Part shown: positions 9,238 to 18,600 of the stretch, piece after piece
Layout: each line of letters begins with the position of its first letter
Position numbering within the stretch: the stretch's first letter is position 1
Program-made: the position numbers and the translations under genes
NCBI GenBank assembly: GCA_019057375.1
Contig: DXJF01000047.1
Location: 1-32,740, forward strand
Source of the DNA: Candidatus Heimdallarchaeota archaeon
Lineage (GTDB): Archaea; Asgardarchaeota; Heimdallarchaeia; Heimdallarchaeales; Heimdallarchaeaceae
DNA length: 32,740 nucleotides
Reading direction: 5' to 3'
Notes under the pieces: model-generated
Told to the model about the DNA's origin: nothing
Databases searched by the model: none
Seen by the model: only the letters and a program-made list of their open reading frames with translations

Positions 9238-9996
9238 ATGTGTAGATTCTTCCTCAATATCGGACAAACTGTTTCTGAAAAAACTTTTGAAGAATATATT
9301 GGATCGTGTTCAGATTATGTAGGCGGAGCAAAACTAGAGGTTCATGAGAGAAATGAAACCAAACTAGAACAACACAAAGATGGGTACGGTTTTGCTTTTG
9401 TGAAAGATGATCATTTTGAGCTCAGAAGATTTCGTGAAGCTATTTTTGATCGTAACCCTATTGGAGAATTGAAAAAACTAGAGACAGATGTTCTTTTTGT
9501 ACATGCACGACAAGCATCACCTAATATCGAAGTCAATCTAAAAAACAATCATCCCTTCTACTGGTATAATGGGGATGAATATGTTTTTGGTCATAATGGT
9601 ACTATAAAGAGTCAAATCAAGAACTATGATGATAGGAAATTTTTCCTTAGAGGAAGCACAGACTCTGAAAAATATTTTTACTCTCTCCTTACAGAAATGG
9701 GTAAAAATGAATGGCAAATCAACAAACAACTGATTGATGACGTACTCGAATATTGGGATTATACTGCGGCAAATTTCATCTTGGTTTCTCCCAAGAAAGC
9801 TTGGGTAGGTGTATATTACAGAAAAGATCCACTTTATTTTACAATGAAGCTCTATAAGACTGAAGACTCAATAGTAGTTAGTTCAAGTGCTTTACCTTCG
9901 CTAGGCCCACCAACAGAGAGATTAAGAAATGGGGCATTAATCGAAATTGATGTAGAAAGCAAAAATTATTTCTATCTAAGTGAACTTAGAATTTAG
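9238..9996 (+). CDS. class II glutamine amidotransferase / Ntn-hydrolase (YafJ/EgtC/DUG3-like)
   Basis: N-terminal MCR (Cys2 nucleophile), HKDGYGFA, HARQAS, NNHPF, HNGTI, GSTDSEKYF. Confidence 0.88.
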   Translation: MCRFFLNIGQTVSEKTFEEYIGSCSDYVGGAKLEVHERNETKLEQHKDGYGFAFVKDDHFELRRFREAIFDRNPIGELKKLETDVLFVHARQASPNIEVNLKNNHPFYWYNGDEYVFGHNGTIKSQIKNYDDRKFFLRGSTDSEKYFYSLLTEMGKNEWQINKQLIDDVLEYWDYTAANFILVSPKKAWVGVYYRKDPLYFTMKLYKTEDSIVVSSSALPSLGPPTERLRNGALIEIDVESKNYFYLSELRI

Positions 9997-10013
9997 TAGG
10001 GATAGGATTAATA

Positions 10014-10601
10014 GTGTCAAATTCTGTAAAACCTGAAGAGATGCAATCAGGTTCTTCAAAAAAGAAAAAAAGTTTCAGCTATAGGGTTCGTATTTTTTCG
10101 ATGCAGTACTTAGTACATCATCCTTCTTGTGATAAATTTGACAATCATGTTTTTAGAATTGGTTCCTTATTCTTATGTGTAGGCTGTACTAGCGTTTTTC
10201 TAGCATTCATTTCTTATTCAGTAGTATTTTTTTCTATGCTGCCTTTCTTCACAAGCTTCCCTTATGCTAATGGAATATTTGCAGCTTTTGGGGTAGCAAT
10301 GGCATTAATACAAGTTTTTCTAAAACCAAACAACAAATTGATTAAAATTCTATTTAGATCTAGTTTAGGAATAGGATTAGGTGCATACACAGCTTTGATT
10401 GTTCAGGTTTCGAATCTATCCTCGCAAATAGGTTCTTTTACATTTTTAATTCAGATCGCACTTTTTCTACTATTGATACCTGGAGTGTTCCTTTACAATG
10501 TACTTAGAGGAGACTCACCATATTTAGAATGTAAAGAATGTTCTATTAAATACATAGAACCTTCCTGTGATTATAATACAGTAACTTTAGACGAGAACTA
10601 A
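10014..10601 (+). CDS. small polytopic membrane protein with Cys/His motifs (DUF2085-like)
   Basis: HHPSC...H.F.IG...LCVGC, about four TM segments, C-terminal CKEC..C; GTG start. Confidence 0.6.
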   Translation: MSNSVKPEEMQSGSSKKKKSFSYRVRIFSMQYLVHHPSCDKFDNHVFRIGSLFLCVGCTSVFLAFISYSVVFFSMLPFFTSFPYANGIFAAFGVAMALIQVFLKPNNKLIKILFRSSLGIGLGAYTALIVQVSNLSSQIGSFTFLIQIALFLLLIPGVFLYNVLRGDSPYLECKECSIKYIEPSCDYNTVTLDEN

Positions 10602-10689
10602 GATATTGAACGATGAATTCCCGATTTTCTATCTAATATTAACATTGATTTCCTATCAGTATCAAAAAATGAATACTCCTTCCAATAAG

Positions 10690-10925
10690 GTCCAGGAGAA
10701 AATTATAAAGTGTAAGACACAAAAACAGCAGCTTAACTTTCTTAGAGATTATTTGTCTCTTCTGCATTACAGTGTCTTTTTAAAGCCCCTCCCTTCTTGG
10801 AAACGTCTCCTACCAAGAAGAAGACCTTCTAGACAAGGTTGTTAGTAGCTCCTGAGAAACCACCAATACCTAATCCAAGAAGATGGCAATGGTGAAATCA
10901 TCTTCTCATACAATCTTACACTAAT
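10690..10925. ncRNA. candidate structured non-coding RNA of unknown family
   Basis: 446-bp gap between convergent stop codons containing at least eight complementary stem pairs (listed in findings). I could not match a known family; G-U extensions slightly favour the minus strand. Confidence 0.35.
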
Positions 10926-11047
10926 AGTTTTTGATGTTCCTGTTATATCAGAATTTACAGAAACATGAATTTTGAGCTTCTTCAGTTTACTCCTAATAAT
11001 TGCAGTTCTTGTTTATAATAAAAAACAAAAATAAGAAAGAATTTTAG

Positions 11048-12589
11048 TTATTCTTTCTTCTTCTTTCTTATCACAGTAGGTATCATTAACATCAGAGCAA
11101 AGGAGACAATCATTATGAGATTCGATGTGTAACTTGTTTTTTTTGGAAATTCAAGTGCTATAAAGGATAAAAGTATTTCATTGTTACCTTCAACAATTTC
11201 GTCTATAATATCGTTGATATCGATATTTATAGTCAAACTGTAAGTTCCAGGTTCAGAAACTGACCAAGTATATTGGAATTCATAAGATTCTCTCACGTTT
11301 AATGCAGGAATATCAAGAGTATGAAGAACACTAGTATCATTCTCTATAGTTGCCTCTGTTATTACAGAAATGTTTTGTTCCCCGATATTAGTTACTCTAA
11401 CACTTATTTGTTGCGTTTCATTATAATATTCTGAATACTTGTTTTGAACAACTTCTACTCGAAGGTCTGGTTTATCTTCTTTATTGAAAGTAAATTCATC
11501 TAATAAACTATAATCCATTCTGTAAGCTCTAAAGTCCAACTGATTGGGATATACATCCATCAATGTGAAATGATAAGTTGATTCTCCAATTACTGACTGG
11601 TTAATTCGATAAATTGGAAGGAAGGCATAAAGAGGAGCACCAACTGAACCTGCAATTACATAGGTGATATTGTTATTTATTAGTCTTTCATAGAAATGGT
11701 CGTGACCATTTATAACCATTGTAATGTTGTATTGTTCAAATATTGGGACTAATAAAGCTTTTATATCATCATAATCGCCCTCGTTATATCTTTGCGACGA
11801 AGCATAAGCTGGTCTGTGCATAAACACAATTTTCCAGGCATAGTCATTATGTGCTTGTAAATCTGTATGTAACCAGTTTATTTGTTCATCAAATGTTCCA
11901 CCATAATCAGGTACACAACTATGCAATCCTACAAAATGAATAGGTCCATAGTTAAAAGAATAATATTCTTCTTTTCCAGGAAATGCAAAATTATTATAGT
12001 AATTTGAATGGTTTTTTTCATGATTACCCTGTACTGACATAAAAGGAATTTCGTTCAAAAAAGTTCTAAAATCATAGAACCAATTATCCCATTGAGTTGC
12101 AACAAGACCAGAATCTACAAAATCTCCTGTGAATATGGCAAAATCTGCTGATATTTCTGACATTTGCCTTGCTGAAAATACTCTGTCTGCTCGATTGTGT
12201 CTTGAATCTCCTATACCAAAGAAGGTTGCATGGTCACCTATGTTTCCTGTTTTAATATCCAGATCTGTACCCCAACTCTTTCCATTACCAACTCTAAGAT
12301 GATATGCTGTATTAGGAGTTAGACCAGTTAGTTCCACTACGTGATGATATCCTGATGACCCTGTTTCCTCTAAACCATAAGTGCTATCGAGTCCATATTG
12401 AACAATAGACGAAGTGATTTCATCTGTTTTCCAACTTACTGTCATGGTCGTGCTAGTATCATTTTGCCAACTAAAATGTATTTGTTTGGGATAAATCTCT
12501 CCAGCTGATACTTGAAAGAACTGGATTGTAGCAGGCATTATGAAAATCAATATTAAGGTGAAAACCTGTAAATTTCTTTTAGTGTTCAT
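11048..12589 (-). CDS. secreted, membrane-anchored purple-acid-phosphatase-like metallophosphoesterase (FN3-like N-domain, CARDB-like domain, C-terminal TM and basic tail)
   Basis: Signal peptide; PKQIHFSW..TMTVSWKT; HVVELTGLTPNTAY; metal ligands GDSR, GDFV, GNHE, GHDHFYER; KPDLRV..VRVTNIG..EIVEGNN; tail MIPTVIRKKKKE. Confidence 0.88.
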   Translation of the reverse strand: MNTKRNLQVFTLILIFIMPATIQFFQVSAGEIYPKQIHFSWQNDTSTTMTVSWKTDEITSSIVQYGLDSTYGLEETGSSGYHHVVELTGLTPNTAYHLRVGNGKSWGTDLDIKTGNIGDHATFFGIGDSRHNRADRVFSARQMSEISADFAIFTGDFVDSGLVATQWDNWFYDFRTFLNEIPFMSVQGNHEKNHSNYYNNFAFPGKEEYYSFNYGPIHFVGLHSCVPDYGGTFDEQINWLHTDLQAHNDYAWKIVFMHRPAYASSQRYNEGDYDDIKALLVPIFEQYNITMVINGHDHFYERLINNNITYVIAGSVGAPLYAFLPIYRINQSVIGESTYHFTLMDVYPNQLDFRAYRMDYSLLDEFTFNKEDKPDLRVEVVQNKYSEYYNETQQISVRVTNIGEQNISVITEATIENDTSVLHTLDIPALNVRESYEFQYTWSVSEPGTYSLTINIDINDIIDEIVEGNNEILLSFIALEFPKKTSYTSNLIMIVSFALMLMIPTVIRKKKKE

Positions 12590-12697
12590 CAAATTTTAGA
12601 TAAATTTTAAACATTTTAAAGTTTACCTAGAAAATGAATTAATGAAGCTGAAATAGAAAAGAGATGCAAATACTTACTGTTTATACAAAATCTCATG

Positions 12698-12915
12698 AAA
12701 AAGTGCAAAATCTATAGTGATTGGATCTATTGCATTAATAACTTCATATCTAGTATGAGTACTACTTTGAGAATCTCCAAATCCCAGCAATTGAGCAAAA
12801 TTAACTTCTCTTCCAGTTCAGAAAGTACTGTCATCACTCCAAATTTGCTTTCTCCAGCTCAATAATAATACGTATCTGGAGTTAGTCTTGTAATATCCAC
12901 ATGATGACAATATCA
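12698..12915 (-). pseudogene. decayed fragment of a second purple-acid-phosphatase-like gene, paralogous to 11048-12589
   Basis: Minus strand reads *YCHHVDITRLTPDTYYY*AGESK / frameshift / WSDDSTF*TGREVNFAQLLGFGDSQSSTHTRYEVINAIDPITIDFALF. This is colinear with GYHHVVELTGLTPNTAYHLRVGNGKSWGTDLDIKTG...FFGIGDSR...SADFAIF in the intact neighbour. Confidence 0.8.
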
Positions 12916-12956
12916 ATGTTAAAAATAAAGAAACTCAAGAAGTGTGTGAATGAATG

Positions 12957-13124
12957 TTATTGTTGATTTCCCATTGTTGCTGAGGTTAATTTTCGTCTAA
13001 GCTTTCTATTGGAAATTCCTTTATTCAATTTTTGGATACCCCAGAAAATTAAACCAGATAAAAGTCCAAAGAAACCAATTACTATGAAAATACTAAATAT
13101 TGTTGGGATGAATATTGGAGCCAT
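12957..13124 (-). CDS. 55-aa single-pass membrane protein, below the ORF-track length cutoff
   Basis: MAPIFIPTIFSIFIVIGFFGLLSGLIFWGIQKLNKGISNRKLRRKLTSATMGNQQ*; AGGTG RBS 9 nt before the ATG; TM helix followed by a basic segment. Confidence 0.65.
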   Translation of the reverse strand: MAPIFIPTIFSIFIVIGFFGLLSGLIFWGIQKLNKGISNRKLRRKLTSATMGNQQ

Positions 13125-13192
13125 TGTATCTAACACCTACTCAAAGAAAATCTTATACATTTTTAAACTTTTATGTTGGAGAATTAAAGTCG

Positions 13193-13921
13193 TTAGTTTA
13201 GGATTGTCAAGCTATTAGATTCATCAATATGAACATCTAGTTGTATTTTATCTGATGATTCGAGTCTTAGCTCCCCTGTATTAGAAATACCTCTACATAA
13301 ATACACTTCAGATTTGTATGAGTGTTTTTTATTCATATTGATTGAGTTCGTATTAAACAAGGAAGTTATTTTCTCATAGTTTTCCTCCGTAACTAAATTA
13401 ACATATTCAAATATATATTCTGAAAGGATTCTAATGAATTCATTTTTTTGAATTTGGTTTCCAGTAGCTTCTTCTAAACATGTGGCTTTTAATTGTTCAA
13501 AAACTAGAGTATTTTCTTCTTTTAATTCAATATTAATTCCTATTCCCAAGAGTAAATATTCTGATTGTAAAGATACCAACTCGAGTAAAATTCCACCTAA
13601 TTTTCTGTTTTTGAAAACTAAGTCGTTTGGCCATTTTACTAAGATTTCAGTTCCGTATTTTTTCTTAATAGCTTGTTGAATAGCAAGAGCTGCAGCATAG
13701 TGCAAAAAACTAAATTGTCTGGGTTTCATTTTGGAAGATAATGGGAATGCAAAAGTTCCATAAAAACCTCCACTTGGTGAGAACCAGGCTGAATTCTGTC
13801 TTCCCCTCCCCTCTTCTTGTTGTTTAGCCACGACTAGAATTGGGTGATCTATATCATTCTTAAGATGCTCAATTATTGCATCCATTGTTGAAGATACTTT
13901 TTCATAATGAACAGTGTTCAT
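13193..13921 (-). CDS. birA: biotin--[acetyl-CoA-carboxylase] ligase without an N-terminal HTH
   Basis: SSTMD, AKQQ..GRGRQ..AWFSP.GG, VKWPNDL, KLGGIL, LGIGIN. Start uncertain (ATG 13921, GTG 13942 or TTG 13951). Confidence 0.92.
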   Translation of the reverse strand: MNTVHYEKVSSTMDAIIEHLKNDIDHPILVVAKQQEEGRGRQNSAWFSPSGGFYGTFAFPLSSKMKPRQFSFLHYAAALAIQQAIKKKYGTEILVKWPNDLVFKNRKLGGILLELVSLQSEYLLLGIGINIELKEENTLVFEQLKATCLEEATGNQIQKNEFIRILSEYIFEYVNLVTEENYEKITSLFNTNSINMNKKHSYKSEVYLCRGISNTGELRLESSDKIQLDVHIDESNSLTILN

Positions 13922-14037
13922 ATAACCTATTCTGTGTGTCACAAACCGCAACAGAATTGGTATGTTATAAAGCTTTTTTCATTATCTCGTCATAAAAGAA
14001 GATGTCGTTTTTATTCGACTCTCTATAAGTAATACTA
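13922..14037. promoter_or_regulatory. divergent promoter region between birA and the carboxyltransferase-megasynthase operon
   Basis: Short head-to-head gap; the minus strand has purine-rich GAAAAAAGC followed by TTTATAA (BRE/TATA-like, about 13965-13980). Confidence 0.45.
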
Positions 14038-15612
14038 ATGTATCTGAATCATAAGAATAGAGCTAGTGATAGAGAAAAAAAAATCTATTCTAAGCTCCAT
14101 GAGAAGAGAAAGAAAAGTTTGGAAGGAGGGGGAGAAAAGAAGGTAGAGAATCAACATAAGAAAGGTAAGCTTACAGCAAGAGAAAGAATTGAATTGCTTG
14201 TTGATGAGAACTCTTTTGTCGAATTGGATTCATTAGTTACACATCAATCTACAAAATTCAATCTTGAAAACAACAAACCATTAGGAGATGGAGTAGTAAC
14301 AGGTCATGCAACTATTGCTGAGAGACAAGTTTTCATTTACAGTCAAGATTTCACAGTTTTTGGGGGAAGTTTAGGGAGAGCTCAAGCAACAAAAATTTGC
14401 AAGTTAATGGAGCTAGCAATTAAAACTGGAAATCCAATACTTGGTATATTGGATTCAGGTGGAGCAAGAATTCAAGAAGGAGTTGCTTCATTAGCAGGTT
14501 ATGGTGATATCTTCTTTAGGAATATTCAAGCTTCTGGAGTGATCCCTCAGATTTCTATTATTCTAGGCCCATGTGCAGGAGGAGCGGTTTATTCGCCTGC
14601 TTTAACAGATTTTGTTTTAATGAATAAAGAAAATTCATTTATGTTTGTTACTGGTCCAGAAGTTGTAAAAGCTGTTACAGGGGAGGAAATATCTTTTTAC
14701 GATTTAGGTGGAAGTGAGGTCCATAGCAAGAAAACAGGTGTGAGTCATCTAGTTGGTGAAAGTGAAGAAGAAACTTTGGACCTAGCTAGAAAACTACTTT
14801 CTTATCTACCTTCAAACAATTTGAATGATCCTCCATTTGACCCAGAAGTAAGAGAAGAAAGTGAACAAACCTCGCTTCGCGAGCTAATACCAGATAAAGA
14901 GAATGAACCTTATGATATGAAAAGCATAATAGGAACAATTGTTGATTCTGATAGCCTTTTAGAATTGAATGAAGATTGGGCTAAAAACATCATAGTAGGC
15001 TTTGCTCGAATGCAAGGGTTTACTGTGGGGATTATTGCAAATCAACCTCTTTTCTTGGGAGGAGCAATTGATTATAATGCAGCAGATAAAGCTTCTCGAT
15101 TCATTCGTTTTTGTGATTCTTTCAATATTCCAATATTGACTTTTGTTGATGTTCCTGGTTTTCTTCCTGGTGTCAAACAAGAACATGAAGGAATAATCAG
15201 ACATGGTGCTAAGCTGCTCTATGCTTATTCAGAGGCAACCATTCCAAAGATTTCTATAATCGTACGAAAAGCATATGGGGGAGCTTACATAGTTATGAGT
15301 TCCAAGCACTTAGGAACAGACATTAATCTAGCATGGCCTTCAGCTCAGATAGCTGTTATGGGTGCAGAAGGGGCAGTTCGTATTCTATACAGAAACAGAC
15401 TAAAAGAAGAAGAACCTGAGAAAGTTCTTGAGGAATTCACCCATAAATTCAAAGAAGAATTCGCAAACCCCTACCAAGCTGCAGAATTAGGGTATATTGA
15501 CAAAGTAATTTTTCCTGAAGAAACGAGAAACGAAATCGTTGCTTCGTTACATTTGCTTCAAAATAAGAGAGAACAGTCTCCCAAAAGAAAACATGGAGTT
15601 TCTCCAGTTTAA
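14038..15612 (+). CDS. pccB: acyl-CoA (acetyl/propionyl-CoA) carboxylase carboxyltransferase subunit
   Basis: QHKKGKLTARERI, GDGVVTG, QDFTVFGGSLG, DSGGARIQEG, GPCAGGAVYSPALTD, TGPEVVK, DVPGFLPGVKQE..GIIRHGAKLLYAY, RKAYGGAY, KRKHG..PV. Confidence 0.93.
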   Translation: MYLNHKNRASDREKKIYSKLHEKRKKSLEGGGEKKVENQHKKGKLTARERIELLVDENSFVELDSLVTHQSTKFNLENNKPLGDGVVTGHATIAERQVFIYSQDFTVFGGSLGRAQATKICKLMELAIKTGNPILGILDSGGARIQEGVASLAGYGDIFFRNIQASGVIPQISIILGPCAGGAVYSPALTDFVLMNKENSFMFVTGPEVVKAVTGEEISFYDLGGSEVHSKKTGVSHLVGESEEETLDLARKLLSYLPSNNLNDPPFDPEVREESEQTSLRELIPDKENEPYDMKSIIGTIVDSDSLLELNEDWAKNIIVGFARMQGFTVGIIANQPLFLGGAIDYNAADKASRFIRFCDSFNIPILTFVDVPGFLPGVKQEHEGIIRHGAKLLYAYSEATIPKISIIVRKAYGGAYIVMSSKHLGTDINLAWPSAQIAVMGAEGAVRILYRNRLKEEEPEKVLEEFTHKFKEEFANPYQAAELGYIDKVIFPEETRNEIVASLHLLQNKREQSPKRKHGVSPV

Positions 15613-15622
15613 GGTGTTACAG

Positions 15623-18600
15623 ATGAAAACTAAGAAACAATTAGAAAAAGAACTTAGATTAAACGAAATAATCTGGGGTTATTCTCCAAAGGGAATTAGT
15701 AATCCCCAATTAGCTATTGAACTTTCATTGAATGGTGGAATTGGTTTAATCGATCTTGAAGGATTAGAAGAAAGTGTTTCGAAAGAAATAATTGAGACTT
15801 GTTCAAGTAAGATTCCTTCTGACAAACTATGGGGAGTTCGATTCCCCGATATAGAATCTTTATCTGTTCTGTCTGAAGTAGACTCAATACCTATTGGAAT
15901 TATAGCTTTTGAAATAGAACAAGAAGATTTAGTAAAACTAGTTTCAAAGCTTAAATGGAAAGTTGCTGAAGTTGTAAATTTAGATGAGGCTCAAGAAAGA
16001 ACAGACTGGGTAGATTTCTTTTTAGTAAAAGGGTTTGAATCAGGAGGGAAAATAAGTGATCAAACATCTTTTATTTTGATTCAAGAATTCAATAAAGCTG
16101 GATTTCCTTTTATTATTCAAGGAGGTTTTGGTGTCTACAACATAGTTACAGCTATAGTAGGGGGAGCACTAGGAGTAGTTCTAGAAGGACAACTTTTTCT
16201 TCTTCCTGAATGTCCCCTTAGTTCGTTGACCAAAGAATACCTCGAAAAGCTTGATGAGAACGATACATACATCGCAGGAGAAAGCTCTTCAAACAAATAC
16301 AGATTGATAGGTAAAATTGCTAATAATTCTATTCGAGAATTAAAGAAATTTGATAAAGAAAACTCTGATAAAGGAGAAGAAGGACTACTAGAATTTTTGA
16401 AACAACTCTCAAGTAAATCTCATTTCTTTAATTCAGAGGAAATGAAACATTCATTCTTGCCTTGTGATATAGGTTTAAGTTTTGCTCCCTTTATAAAAGA
16501 AATTTTCGATGATTTAAGATCATTTCTAACTGCAATTCAAGACATCATTCAAGACCAAATCAAAACAGTTTCGGCTAATTGGCCTTTTGAAGAAGAAAGC
16601 GAATTTGCAAAAAGTCTAGAAATTAAATTTCCTATCATTCAAGGTCCTATGGCCAATATTACAGATAAGACTGATTTTGCAATAAAAGTAGCAGAAGAAG
16701 GGGCATTGCCAGTTTTAGCTATGGGAGGACTATTAATAGAAGAAGCTGAAGAACTATTCGCAGAATTCAACTCGAAATTTCCTAAAAACCAGAATTATGC
16801 AGGAGGAATTATCGGTCTAGAGGTAATGAAAGAGAGACGAGAAGCTCATATATCTCTAATGGCTAAGAACAAAACTCCCATCTGTCTAATTGCTGCAGGA
16901 ACTATTCAACTAGCAACTAGAATTCAAAAAATGGGGATGAAAACTATCATTCATACTCCAGCTTTAAGCTTATTCAAAGAAGCTATAAAATATGGTCACA
17001 AACATGTTATTTTAGAAGGCTCTGAATGTGGGGGACACATAGGAATTTTTACATCTTTAACTCTCTGGGAATCAATTTTACAGTATCTCAGTAACAATGC
17101 AAATCAGATATCTGAAAAAATCAATATTGTATTTGCTGGTGGTATTGGAGATGAACTTGGAGCTGCTATGGTAGCTGGAATGGTTGGAAATCACCTAGAT
17201 CTGATAAATCCTGGGATTCAGATGGGGACAGCTTATCTTTTCACAGATGAGATTGTAAAAACAAAAGCTCTCACTTCATTATATCAAGAAAAACTTCTTG
17301 ATTCAAATATCACTAGAGTCATAGGTTCTACAGTTAATACACGTGCTCGTGTTATACCCTCTGAATTTGTATCTCAAACAATTGAAAATGAACGAATTTG
17401 GATTAAAGAAGGATTATCTATCAGAGAAAGAAAGAAACTCTACGAGAAAGATAATTTGGGAGCTCTCAGAATTGCTGCAAAAGCCGAGATTTGGAATGAA
17501 GATTATGTACCAGAAGGAGATTTAACACAATTTAACTTAGTTGATGAAAAAGACCATGTTTCTTTAGGATGTTTCATGGCAGGCGAAATTATCAGTTTGA
17601 AGCGCAATGTTGTTCAGATTAAAGATCTTCATTATGATATTGTAGTATCTGGAAAAGAACTATTCAGAAATACAAGAAATTCAATTGAAAGGATGTTAAC
17701 AAGAGATATAGTTAGTGATGTTCCAAAAATTCAAATTTCGGAATTATCATCAAAAAATAGAATCGCGATAGTTGGTTTAGGATGTATTTTTCCAGACTCT
17801 GCAAATATTAGTGAATACTGGGCTAATATAACTTCCAAAAAATATTCAATTACTGAGATTCCAGATTCAAGATGGGATAAAAACATCCATTTTGATGAAG
17901 ATAAAACAGCTCAAAATAAGAGCTATTCTAAAATAGGGGCTTTTGTAAAAGATTACAAGTTTAATTCTATCAATTATCGAATTCCACCTAAAATAGCAGA
18001 TAGTATGGATGAAGTTCAGAAATGGTCTCTTGACGCTGCAAAACAAGCTTTAGAAGATGCAGGTATCTCTACAGATGGAAAAAATAGACTTCCAATTGCA
18101 GTAATTATTGGTAATGCTTTAGGTGGGGAAAATCAAAGAACAACTAACAAAGGATTATTTGTTCCTGAATTCCTTTTTGAGCTAGAAAATAATGCGGTTT
18201 TCAAATCACTTGGTGAAGAAGAACAGAATTCTCTCTTACAAAATCTAAAAGAAAATTATGATGGGAAATATCCTTCAATTACTGAAGATTCAATGCCTGG
18301 AGAATTGTCCAATATTATATCCGGTCGTATTGCTAACGTGTTTAATCTTACAGGTAAGTCTATGACTACTGATGCAGCTTGTGCTTCAAGTATAGCTGCT
18401 TTAGATACAGCTATTAAATCATTAACATCTGGTGATTTCGATACAGCTTTGGTAGGTGGTGCAGATAGATCTATGGATATTGCTTCTTACGTAAAATTTA
18501 GTAAGATTGGAGCTCTCTCTGCAAAAGGTTCTTGTCCCTTTGATGAAAGTGCTGATGGTTTTGTTATGGGAGAAGGTGCAGGATTTATGGTCTTGAAAAG

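Noticed and set aside
882-9729. Small overlapping ORFs in the track (882, 2694, 2900, 3525, 3924, 8195, 8582, 9538), and likewise 13482, 14959, 27550, 27988, 28545, 29591, 30841, 32090 and 32361
   Set aside because: All overlap well-supported genes on another frame or strand and show no motifs.
10606-10968. 79-aa ORF 10606-10845 with possible read-through of TAG-TAG to 10968 (pyrrolysine idea)
   Set aside because: No recognisable motifs, two consecutive stops, and no pyl genes in view; likely chance.
10690-10990. Assigning the structured region to RNase P, SRP RNA, SECIS or a cobalamin riboswitch (partial look-alikes GAAGAAGCTC, GGGGCTTTA, CACTGTAA on the minus strand)
   Set aside because: The order and spacing of conserved elements do not fit convincingly and no SRP helix-8 motif is seen; left unassigned pending a covariance-model search.
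12698-12915. Selenocysteine read-through of the in-frame TGA codons
   Set aside because: The TGAs are not at Cys-equivalent positions and a frameshift is also present, so it is a pseudogene.
13009-13218. 69-aa plus-strand ORF
   Set aside because: Antisense shadow of the 55-aa minus-strand membrane gene and the birA 3' end.
15539-15622. Longer N-terminus of the megasynthase given by the ORF track (3385 aa)
   Set aside because: It overlaps the pccB 3' end; ATG 15623 has a well-spaced AGGTG RBS.
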